A stretch of DNA of 63,734 nt from Octopus bimaculoides (taxonomy: Eukaryota): the NCBI RefSeq assembly GCF_001194135.2, contig NC_068989.1, forward strand, positions 68,895,636-68,959,369. Reading direction: 5' to 3'. Position 1 is the first letter of the stretch, and each line of letters opens with the position of its first letter. Of the stretch, positions 53,066 to 63,734 are shown piece after piece. Both the position numbers and the translations under genes were made by a program. A model generated the notes under the pieces. That model did no database searches. It was given only the letters and a program-made list of their open reading frames with translations, and was not told the origin of the DNA.

Positions 53066-53377
53066 ATTATTATTATTATTATTATTATTGCCGTCAATCT
53101 TGTCATTGTTGATGTTGATGTCATTCAGACATGAAATAAAAATTAAGAAAGCACCTGTTATAGATAAAAGAAAATAAAGCACTAGGTGTGACAATGAAAT
53201 AGAAACACTTGAAGGCGTTTAGCAAATATAAATATATTCAACAAATAACAACAAATGAATATATATATAGATAGATATATATAACTCCAGCCAACCAAAG
53301 AAAACAATCCAACTTATTGTTATTTATTAAGTATGAGTTTGTGCATGATTTTGTCTTTCTCTTTTTTTGTGTGTCAG

Positions 53378-53454
53378 TGGAGGAAAGCTTCTATGACCCT
53401 TTACAAGGCCTCCGAGACGAGTGGAAAGAAGGGAGGATGCTGTCTTCTGACCGG
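53378..53454 (+). CDS. Candidate 77-nt exon (VEESFYDPLQGLRDEWKEGRMLSSDR), phase 1 to 0
   Basis: Strong acceptor TCTTTCTCTTTTTTTGTGTGTCAG and donor CGG|GTACTT. Phase 0 is also open (WRKASMTLYK..). Confidence 0.5.
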
Positions 53455-54237
53455 GTACTTTAAATGCTCTGAATATTTGCAACAGTCTGGACTCAGCTAA
53501 AGGCACCAAAGGGCCAGTTTGTGGTGTAAAGCCAAGAGATGGTTTGATAACAGTAACAGTCAGGCCCCTTCGACGCGCTTGGCTTCTTCACAGTTTCCGT
53601 TTTAAACAAATTCTGCTGACAAGGCGAAGGTCAAGCCGAAGCTATGATAGACGCTATTTGTCTTTTTTCGTGGAAACGTACACCGAGATCAAACCCAAAA
53701 TCGTGTAGTTGCCAACCGAAACCCTTAACAACATAGCCATTACTGCATATATAATGTATGAATTTGTGTGTGTGTGTGTGCGCGCGCACGTTTGTGTAGC
53801 TGTGCGTGCGTGCCGATGCATGTGTTTACTTTTGATGATATAATTTCTATTGTGTTATATGTAATCTAAACTCTGTACTGGTGTAAAGTAAAGCGAATAT
53901 GTATTTATATGATATCATGGGTGTGATCTGAGGACGACCTAGCAGCTGTTAACGCAATTGTATATGGTTATTTATTGCGAAATTTGGCGCTAACCCTTCT
54001 CAGTTGTATTTAAATATTTTCTTCCCGAAATGTGTGATATTTATTATTACTTCTTTCTTTTTTTGTGTTTATTGAAAAAAATAATAGTAACAATTCGTAT
54101 ATTAGTCCCAGGTATAGAAGTATGGTTAAAAATTATGCCTCGTAACCACACTGAAGTCCTCGGGTTGACGAATGGTATATGAGTAGAGTTCAGTAAATGG
54201 AAACCGTACAAAAGACCATCATATATATGTATGTATG

Positions 54238-54295
<58 letters not shown>

Positions 54296-54301
54296 TGTAT
54301 G

Positions 54302-54338
<37 letters not shown>

Positions 54339-54837
54339 ATATGCGTGCACGCGTGTATACCGGTGTGTATAAACTGGTTGGACGCAGTTGTGGAGAGACG
54401 AGTGAATCAGGAGTACCTGAGTGATGAAGATACAAGACGAGCCATCTTCAAGGAACAGAGACCATAACAGTAGAAATATTAAAAAAAAAGACAGAGAAAG
54501 GGGACAGTGTGTTTGTAAGCCAGAACTTGGCTGTGTTTCAGTGATAGAATGCCAATCAGTCAAGTGGCTCTTCTCTATAAAATATAGGTATTGGATCCGC
54601 GATTTTGTGAAATTCGCAAAAGGGTTCCGAGAAAAAATTAAGTCTTTGGACCACTCATGTAGAATATTTGTAGGAAGCATTGCAGAATCGAAGTTTAATT
54701 TGAGTTGGATCTACTAAAACAAGACTCGCATATGTTGTTGCCTGTTTGCTTCTTAAGAACGTCTTGTCTAATGGACGTAGTGTGCTGGAGTTTATTTACA
54801 CCTGTTTTCACAGTTTTAGACAGCTTGTGCGACATTT

Positions 54838-55038
54838 TGTAGCCAAAATTTCGAATTTTCCTAACTAAAATTCGGATTCTTTACCTTATTTAAACTGGGA
54901 CTTATTTCCTAGCCAAAATTGTGTATTTTTTTTTTCCTCGCCAAAATTGTAGCTTCTTTCCTTCCCAACAAAACTGACATTTACCTGGCCAAAATTGTTA
55001 CTTTTTGTATTTACCTGGCCAAAATTGTTACTTTTTGT
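54838..55038. repeat. Array of GCCAAAATT motifs ending in a 30-bp tandem duplication
   Basis: About 7 motif copies. ATTTACCTGGCCAAAATTGTTACTTTTTGT occurs twice. Confidence 0.7.
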
Positions 55039-55711
55039 CCTGTGATTTTATTTTCGTTCATCTGCCTGACATCCTCTTCTAACTAGGGCTGTGTATTATC
55101 TAATGGTTGTGATGGTTGCATGAATGGCACATCATTTGTGGTAGAAACTACGTAAACTTGAAATATATTTGTTGAGGGCCCCTTTCATGGCAATTTCCCA
55201 ACCTGGAGAAAAGCAGTTTTGCAATGGATAAAAAACACAAACAGACCAAAAGCTTGGAATATTGCCGACTCGCGTTTGATCGACCAATAATTTAGAATCA
55301 TAAATTCATTTCCTTCGATCGTTTTTTAGTCTCCCCTTTTCTATGGTTTCCTCCATTCCCCATCTTTAATATGTTCTTTTTAACATTGTAACGAATAATA
55401 TCAATTCATGGCGAGCATATATATTGTTAGCGGCAATTTAAGGGCTTATTCTGAAAACTCCAGAATGTTCTTTCTTACTATATTTACTTTGATACTTTTT
55501 TTGAAAAAAAGATCACTGCTATTACAAAAGAACAAAAATGCCGGAAATCTAATGAATTCTTTTCTATAGAAATATTTTTATTATTTTGATTTTTCACTTT
55601 ATCCAGGAGTTTTTCTTCTTTTTTCTGCCTGCTCGACAAGAAAATCTTTAATCTAAATTTATTTATAGAGATGCGAATTTAGAACGGGAATGTTTTCGCC
55701 ACGGTAAATAA

Positions 55712-55778
<67 letters not shown>

Positions 55779-56954
55779 CATACATACATACATACATACA
55801 TACATACATACATACATACATCCCGCATTTAAAGTTAACAAGTATCAAAAAGAATTTGGTTAAAATCGACATTTCCAGTAAATTCTACAATGATAGTCCG
55901 TTGTAAATCCGCACGTAATCAAAATTGCTTTCTTATTGGCTGAAGAATGGGGTTGGGTGGCAAATATATGTATGCAGAAGGAGAAAGTTCATAGTCTTCT
56001 CAGGCTATTTTTTTCTTTTTTCCTGCTTTCTATTTTGAGGTAGGTATGGATATTTCTTAATTTAAATTGCTACTGGTTTGTAAGCGGAGGAAAGAGATTT
56101 TTAAGCAAGGTCAATGTCACACTGCATTTTATGTTCATTAGTAAGGTGGGATAGTCTGAAAACACGAACAAAAAGTGGGAAATTTAGATGATTTAATAAA
56201 GGTAGGTTTCTTGTGTTATTTCCGAAAACCTACAACAGATCCGTCACCGATACTTCTATTTTTAGATTTTTCTCCAATTTCATTTTCAAATTCATGATGC
56301 AAATTAGGAGAAGAGACCATTCCATAAATGTAAGTCGAGATTATGCTATGAATTATGGTAGGGAGTTAAGGGGAACATATTAGCCTTCTGCATTCAATAC
56401 TTAATAACAACCACTTTAATCTTTACGTAATATATCATACAAATTACTTTTTCTTTACACACACATATATACATACATGTATATACACGTATCAGTCAAT
56501 CTCTCTCTCTCTCACTTACTCACTACATATACATACATACATACACATATATATATATATATATATATATGAGGTATTGTTGTTATGTAAATAATTCATA
56601 TTAGTAACCATGAAATGCGTGTATTTATATATTCATGTATCAATCTGTCATTCTATCTATCTATCTATCTGTGTGTATGCGTGTGCGCGCACGAGCGCGA
56701 GCTATTGTTCCCGTTTGAATAATCCCTACTAATAACCATGAGAGCATTCATATGAGCCGCTTAAGATTGATGGTTGAGAGGAGGGGAATCACTCTTTCTT
56801 CCACAATCTTTGACAAAGTAGAAGGATCCGAAACGTTAGGTAATTCACTCATCATTGTTAAACTTATTAAATGGTTCTTCATATAATTACTCTCGACATA
56901 AGTCACGAACAATTTCCTGCGGTTACTGATTTTTATCTTCTTATGTATGATTTA

Positions 56955-57029
<75 letters not shown>

Positions 57030-57203
57030 CGTACGTACGTACATACACATACATACATACACACACATACATACATACATACATACATACATACATACAT
57101 ACATACATACATACATAGGAAGACAGAGACAGACAGACACAGACAGACAAACAGACAGATAGACTGACTGACTGACAGATATGCATGTATGTGTGTGTAA
57201 TTA

Positions 57204-57452
57204 TTGGGTTGGTGCATAATTATTGCAGCTTTTTTTCAACAAAATTTATTCAACAAAAACAATAACAATATTTAACAAAAACATCTTTAAATGACGATCT
57301 GACCGTCTCCGAAGCAAATGGGAAGCAGTAATTGAAGTAGATGGTGAATATGCTCCGGAATAATCATTTAAAGAGGTTTTTGTTACATGTTGTTATTGTT
57401 TTTGTTGAATAAAATTTGTTGAAAATGCCGCAATAATTATGCACCAACTCAA
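57204..57452. mobile_element. Mariner-derived fold-back MITE with ~90-bp inverted arms
   Basis: TA-TTGGGTTGGTGCATAATTATTGC..GCAATAATTATGCACCAACTCAA-TA. The spacer encodes DRLRSKWEAVIEVDGEYAPE*, a mariner transposase C-terminus. Confidence 0.9.
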
Positions 57453-57498
57453 TATGTATATATACATGTTTGTGTGTTTGTGTGTGTGTGTGTGTGTT

Positions 57499-57726
57499 AT
57501 TTCTTTACTACCCACAAGGGGCTACACACAGAGGGGACAAACAAGGACAGACAAAGAGATTAAGTCGATTATACCGACCCCAGTGCGTAACTGGTACTTA
57601 TTTAATCGACCCCCGAAAGGATGAAAGCAAAGTCGACCTCGGCGGAATTTGAACTCAGAACGTAGAGGCAGACGAAATACCGCTAAGCATTTCGCCCGGC
57701 GTGCTAACATTTCTGCCAGCTCGCCG

Positions 57727-57728
<2 letters not shown>
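57499..57728 (-). mobile_element. Near-intact copy of the abundant tRNA-derived SINE
   Basis: Reverse complement GGCGGCGAGCTGGCAGAAATGTTAGCACGCCGGG..GTCGACTTTGCTTTCATCC..GTAGTAAAGAAAT. Confidence 0.9.
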
Positions 57729-57771
<43 letters not shown>

Positions 57772-58240
57772 TGGGAATCTGTACATGTTTGCTGCATATG
57801 TGTATATAACTATGCATGCTCAAATATTTATTCACACACACACCTTAACAAGAGATATTTCTGATATGTCTATTTATAATGTCTTTGTCGTGCGATGATG
57901 ACGTAAAATAAGTTCTTGTGAATTGACAAACGATTGGTTGAAAAGAAACGTCATTTACAAAATAGACTTATGTCTAAAATTTCCCTCTGAGTCGAAGGGT
58001 ACGGTCACAAAGTGACCTGTATTACTTCAAAGAGATTAATGAGGAAATACTGAATATACTGACTCACACGCACACCCATGAACACAAACACTTGCACAAA
58101 CGCGCTTATGCATATGCATGTACGTATTTATGTATGTGTGTGTATAGTATACATACATACATACATACATACATACACGTATGTGTGTGTGTGAGTGTGT
58201 GTGTATGAGGGCGTGTGTGGGGGGAGAGAGAGAGAAAGAG

Positions 58241-58478
58241 AGAATGCATGGCCTAGTGGTTAAGGCGCTAGACTCACGATCGTGAGTTTGTGGTTTCAAT
58301 TCCTGGACCGGGTGGTGCGTTGTGTTCTTGAGCAAAGCACTTCATCTCACGTTGCTCTGCGATCACTTCGACGCCTGACGTGTGGTATACTGTGCACTTG
58401 TTCGGACAACGTCGATTTGATGGAGGAAGTGAACTAATGTAGAGCGCAATCATTTGATCACTATAGAACAAATCACTT
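58241..58478 (+). mobile_element. tRNA-derived SINE (TTGAGCAAAGCACTT core family)
   Basis: A box TGGCCTAGTGG, B box GGTTTCAATTCC. A reverse copy lies at about 48230-48345. Confidence 0.75.
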
Positions 58479-58499
58479 GGGCAAGTCGTTCAGCAAAAA

Positions 58500-58772
58500 T
58501 GCACACTTACACCTCTTCTTCGACGTGAATTTCCTTCGCGCACGCGCGCGAAGGAACGCTGGAAAGTTTCTGGCTTTAAGGCTATCGCAAAAGGCCTGGC
58601 TGGAGGTCCAACATTCCGACTTCTTTTACAGGGCTTAGAAAAACTGAAGGACCGTTGCAATAAGTGTATGAATCTGAATCTGCGAGGGAATATGTTGGAT
58701 AAAATCATGATTAACTGATTCTCCTGTATTTTCTTTTACCCAAATCCAAGAACTTTTCAACACTATCTCGTG
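58500..58772 (+). pseudogene. Mariner transposase C-terminal remnant with a right TIR-like end
   Basis: With two 1-nt frameshifts it reads WLEVQHSDFFYRGLEKLKDRCNKCMNL(NL)RGEYVG*. The end (reverse complement) is CACGAGATAGTGTTGAAAAGTTC. Confidence 0.65.
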
Positions 58773-58784
58773 TGTGTGTGTGTA

Positions 58785-59177
58785 CTAGCTTAAAAACCGC
58801 ACTCCCTGCGGTCTTTTAAGTTAGCTCCTGCAGGATTGGGGGAAACTAAAGAGAGCAATAACAATAAAGCATTTATTAGTACCCTACCAATATGGTATTA
58901 CCCTACCTATATAGTATTACTTTAAATTCAGTTTAAATGAAAAAGTTGTAAGTTCACAAATTTTTAGAGTTCTTTTAAAATTTGAATTAGCATACAACAA
59001 ATCCTCGTCCAGGCCTAATCCCAATGCTGGATGTTCAAGAACCAAATGCAGTTCAGATTATCAATCTCAGGATCATACTGATTTCAAAAAGGAATAATAT
59101 GTCTATGTAGGGCAAATGAAGACTGAGATACAGGGGTCTCAGACGGACAGACAGAATTTTGCGGTTATTATTATAGA
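58785..59177 (-). mobile_element. 393-bp non-autonomous Helitron
   Basis: Minus strand 5' A|TCTATAATAATAACCGC..; 3' hairpin ACCGCA-GGGAG-TGCGGT followed by CTAG|T. A/T insertion site with no TSD. Confidence 0.8.
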
Positions 59178-59648
59178 TAGTAATCTGAGTGATTAAAAAA
59201 GGGCGGTCGAAAAATCTTTTATTTTATTTTAATGATTGATGTTTTTTACATTGTTACATAATACCGTCTAAAATCCAGCAGAAGGCGGTTTTAATTTCAT
59301 CTCAAAACACAACTNNNNNNNNNNNNNNNNNNNNNNNNNNNNNNNNNNNNNNNNNNNNNNNNNNNNNNNNNNNNNNNNNNNNNNNNNNNNNNNNNNNNNN
59401 NNNNNNNNNNNNNNNNNNNNNNNNNNNNNNNNNNNNNNNNNNNNNNNNNNNNNNNNNNNNNNNNNNNNNNNNNNNNNNNNNNNNNNNNNNNNNNNNNNNN
59501 NNNNNNNNNNNNNNNNNNNNNNNNNNNNNNNNNNNNNNNNNNNNNNNNNNNNNNNNNNNNNNNNNNNNNNNNNNNNNNNNNNNNNNNNNNNNNNNNNNNN
59601 NNNNNNNNNNNNNNNNNNNNNNNNNNNNNNNNNNNNNNNNNNNNNTAT

Positions 59649-59726
<78 letters not shown>

Positions 59727-59919
59727 GTGTGTGTGTGTGATTGTGTGTGTGTGTGTGTGTGCCTGTGTGTGTATGTGTATGTGTGTAGATAGATATATAT
59801 ATAAATGAATAACAGAAGCGTATCCAATGACATCTTGACAAGGTGGGTCAGACCTTAGTCATGAACAGCGTGTATATATTATTGTCGACATTGTGTGCCA
59901 GTCGAACAATAAGATAGAT

Positions 59920-59950
<31 letters not shown>

Positions 59951-59963
59951 TAGACAGATAGAC

Positions 59964-60024
<61 letters not shown>

Positions 60025-61803
60025 TACATATATNNNNNNNNNNNNNNNNNNNNNNNNNNNNNNNNNNNNNNNNNNNNNNNNNNNNNNNNNNNNNNNNNNN
60101 NNNNNNNNNNNNNNNNNNNNNNNNNNNNNNNNNNNNNNNNNNNNNNNNNNNNNNNNNNNNNNNNNNNNNNNNNNNNNNNNNNNNNNNNNNNNNNNNNNNN
60201 NNNNNNNNNNNNNNNNNNNNNNNNNNNNNNNNNNNNNNNNNNNNNNNNNNNNNNNNNNNNNNNNNNNNNNNNNNNNNNNNNNNNNNNNNNNNNNNNNNNN
60301 NNNNNNNNNNNNNNNNNNNNNNNNNNNNNNNNNNNNNNNNNNNNNNNNNNNNNNNNNNNNNNNNNNNNNNNNNNNNNNNNNNNNNNNNNNNNNNNNNNNN
60401 NNNNNNNNNNNNNNNNNNNNNNNNNNNNNNNNNNNNNNNNNNNNNNNNNNNNNNNNNNNNNNNNNNNNNNNNNNNNNNNNNNNNNNNNNNNNNNNNNNNN
60501 NNNNNNNNNNNNTATATATATATATATATATATATATTCATATATACATATATAAATGTATGTATGTACGTATGTACGTGTGTATGTGTGTGTGTATGTA
60601 TGTATATACGTATGTACCTGTGTGTATGTTTGCATATGCTTCATATCAGCCGTATAACGAACGGCTCTTCGACATTGTTGAACTACAACTATTTGCAAAA
60701 CACCATGTTATTTTTTTCTTAGAATTATAACTTACACCTGTAACATATTCTATCGGGGAACCAGATCAACTAAAACCTCCACTATCCGATGGAGAAAGCA
60801 ACGTGAAGTGAAAACATTTGATGCAACCAAAGCTGTCTTTTTGCAAGCAGCCTATCGAATATCAACGTGATTTCGACACCTTTACGCAGGATCACGATTT
60901 CTGATAGTGTCAAACAGATCTCTGTAAACTTCCGACAAGTTGAACTCTTTCGTCGTTTCTCATTTAAATGCTTTGAGGCATTTAATTCTGAGTTCAAACC
61001 TTACAGTGATCCACACTTGCTAAAGTATTATAAAAATAAACATCCTATACAATATTCTTCTACTTTAAACTATTCGAAAAATGAAGCTAGTAGAGATGAC
61101 TCAGTTAGACTCTGTTAGACGCAGTATGTTACTTCATATTTCAGAGGCCTGTGTTCGAAATCCAATGGAAGCTAATTTTGCCTTCTGTGATTGATATAAC
61201 AATACCAGTAATATAGTCAGGTAGAATCAATTGAGTACATGCTCCTTCTACAAAGCTAACATTATGTCAAGCAAACAAAATCAATACTGATGGTGTTCTT
61301 GTTTAGCAACAGCCCAGCCATAATCGACTAGACCAATAACGAAAGCTGTGATTATCCGTCTTTTTCTTCAAGGTTTCGTGTATTTAAGACTTAATTAATA
61401 ATCTGGTGTATCATCCTTTTCCTACTTTTGGAGCCGGTGGAACAAGATAAGAAAGTGAATAGAGAGAGAGGGGAGGAAGAGTGGGAAGAGATAGACAGAG
61501 TGAGAGTGAGAAAGAAAGAGAGAGGGAGAGAGATGTTTTTTTATTTTTTTATATGGCTGGTCGAGTAATCACGCAGAGGTATCCTAGATGGCTTATAAAA
61601 AATAAAAATCAATAGTGATAATGCTCGAGTAAATAATACCATAACTTGGTTACTGATAAACGGTGAGTTTGTGCTGTGATCAGGGCATGTTAGCAAACAC
61701 CCCTGCTTCAGTCCCCTAGCAACACAATAGATAAGAAAAACGAAAACTATCGCTATGACAGGTGGAGATACACCGATAAACAAAGTTTGAATATCTATTA
61801 TTA

Positions 61804-62016
61804 TGCATTACTGACCTGTGGAGCTTTGTCGAACAGCTCTTGTCACGTGTAGGACGGATTCGGTTATCAGCCGAGTCCATTGTGAGGATCGCCCCGCTGC
61901 CTTCTTTTGGCCGGGAGGAAAAGGCAGTTTTCGTCTGCCTAGTGGCTATAGCGAAAGAGGTAATGTTGTGGACGAGGCTGAAAGGACTGGTGACCGACAA
62001 TTTCCTGGGTCGATAG
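61804..62016 (+). pseudogene. Probable L1/Tx1-clade LINE ORF2 C-terminal fragment
   Basis: GC-rich open frame ITDLWSFVEQLLSRVGRIRLSAESIVRIAPLPSFGREEKAVFVCLVAIAKEVMLWTRLKGL. The family call is from recalled resemblance only. Confidence 0.45.
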
Positions 62017-62502
62017 ATTAAGTACCAGTGAAACACTGGGGTCGATGTAATCGACTATCCCCATGCCCCAAATTTCAGGCCTTGTGCCTATAGTAGAAAG
62101 GATTAATAATAATAATAATAATAATCATCATGATGATGATGAGCTGGCAGAATCGTTAGAATGTTGTACTAAATGCTTAGCGCCATTCCTCAGTTAACTC
62201 TCAATGCGTAAATCCACTTATAGTTATACACATGCACTATGAATGGTAAGATCCAATTAATCGCTATAAACGACAGGATTATTAGTTAATTAAATGGTTA
62301 ATTAATTTATGCATATTTTGTCATCATCTATGTGTTAATTAGTCTGAAACAGTCTATTGATTTCGAGAAGAATATATTAAATAACTCCGATTCGAAGTTA
62401 TCAAGAAAACGTCGACATTTGATGTCTGAACTAAACTGATTGCTTCGTAGTGGACTCCTTTGTCGTATCTTGCATAGTGTGGAAAATGTGTGTGTGTGGG
62501 TA

Positions 62503-62542
<40 letters not shown>

Positions 62543-62728
62543 AGAGAGAGGCGGAAGATAGAGAGACTCCCTTGTTATTTCTGCATCAAAGCACTCTGTA
62601 TATTTTATTTTACTTCATTTATTTATTACTTTTGTCGCTGGTGATTGCATCCTTTGCTGAGGGTACGTCGGTAAAAGATACACACACGAATACAAACATT
62701 CATATATACATATACATGTTGCACTCAT

Positions 62729-62768
<40 letters not shown>

Positions 62769-62959
62769 AAACATCCAGGTACATAAGCACAACATGCATG
62801 AGCATGAAGGGCTCTGCACAGTTTCCGTCAACCAAATTTCACTCACAAACTCGTCATTAGTGAACTCAATCTTATAGCCAGAAAACATTTGCTCACGATA
62901 CTGCGCAGTAGGATCGAGCTTAGAACAACATGATAACAGCTAAATCAACTGCTGAAAAT

Positions 62960-63100
62960 AACGGCACAATAACGCCAAAGTTGACTTCGCCTTGCTTTCT
63001 TTCGGGGTCGATTAAATAAATACCAGTTGAGTACTAGGGTTCATGTAATCAACTAACCCCCACCTCCAAAAATTTGAGGCCTTGTGCCTATAGTAGAACG
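62960..63100 (+). mobile_element. Abundant SINE copy (3' part)
   Basis: GTTGACTTCGCCTTGCTTTCTTTCGGGGTCGATTAAATAAATACCAG..GGCCTTGTGCCTATAGTAGAA. A similar tail lies at 62005-62105. Confidence 0.75.
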
Positions 63101-63220
63101 GTTTATTATTATTATTGTTGTTGTTGTTGTTATTATTATTATTACTAGTATATTCATATAACACCCAAACAAAGAAAAGCAACGTAACAAGTTTCTTGTG
63201 TATCATGTTCACATCACAAG

Positions 63221-63276
63221 AAGGCAGTGGATTGGTCGCCGTGGAGCGAACATCGGCGAATCGTACAAAATTGCAG
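63221..63276 (+). CDS. Weak candidate 56-nt exon
   Basis: CACAAG|..TTGCAG|GTAAAT, GC-rich. All three frames are open. Confidence 0.2.
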
Positions 63277-63536
63277 GTAAATAACTAATAGATTCATACA
63301 AGACAAATAAAACCAAGTGTGCTTTTGAAGTTGATCTTGCAAAAATCTGTATCGATAACATACATATGTGAAATTACGCCATTAACAATGTAACACTGTC
63401 ACTTTCAGTTTGTTTGGAACAATGGACGAATTATTCCTCTTAACTGTTTTGTTATTTTGTTTTGATTATTCTCTCAGGTAAACTTTAGACGTGTGTGTTG
63501 CACATGGTATGTATGAATGGATAAGCATATATATAC

Positions 63537-63569
<33 letters not shown>

Positions 63570-63680
63570 TGTATGTATGTATGCATGTATGTATGTATGT
63601 ACATGGACACACACATACACACACACGTATATATATACACGGATGCACACACACACACACAGACATATATATACATACAA

Positions 63681-63734
<54 letters not shown>

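Larger units (their letters stand above)
8417..60512. other. 15 assembly gaps (N runs), many flanked by microsatellites
   Basis: Examples: 9871-10637, 14802-15196, 22591-22942, 35855-36635, 60034-60512. Exons could be hidden in them. Confidence 0.95.

Noticed and set aside
60723-60870. 49-codon open frame after TTTTTTTCTTAG (IITYTCNIFYRG..AAYRIST*)
   Set aside because: A plausible terminal exon, but the length is within chance expectation and no upstream phase-2 partner is supported.
39-63680. Most ORFs in the supplied track (YIYI, CVCV, MYVC, IIII, SIYL, LSLS peptides and X-runs)
   Set aside because: They are translations of microsatellites or read through N gaps, with no coding signal.

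Overview
This is AT-rich eukaryotic genomic DNA, dense in microsatellites, with 15 assembly gaps. The tRNA-derived SINE families resemble, from recall, those of octopus (OR/OK-type), so a coleoid cephalopod source is my inference. Most ORFs in the supplied track are translated simple repeats or run through N gaps and are not genes. The repeats I can support are: many SINE copies from about 4 families; two decayed Tc1/mariner-superfamily transposases, one interrupted by a young SINE with a 12-bp TSD; mariner, hAT and piggyBac-like MITEs; a complete non-autonomous Helitron; LINE fragments; Penelope-type minimal hammerhead-like motifs; and a short interstitial (TTAGGG)7. The gene candidates are: (i) a plus-strand chain of very small exons (7-81 nt, about 25.4-53.5 kb) with good splice sites that splices into an open, unidentified peptide; (ii) an antisense 109-codon exon at 29638-29964 nested in one of its introns; and (iii) a possible head-to-head promoter near 0.8-1.3 kb. 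No protein could be named, and all gene models need RNA-seq or homology confirmation. I found no CRISPR array, rRNA or intact tRNA gene.
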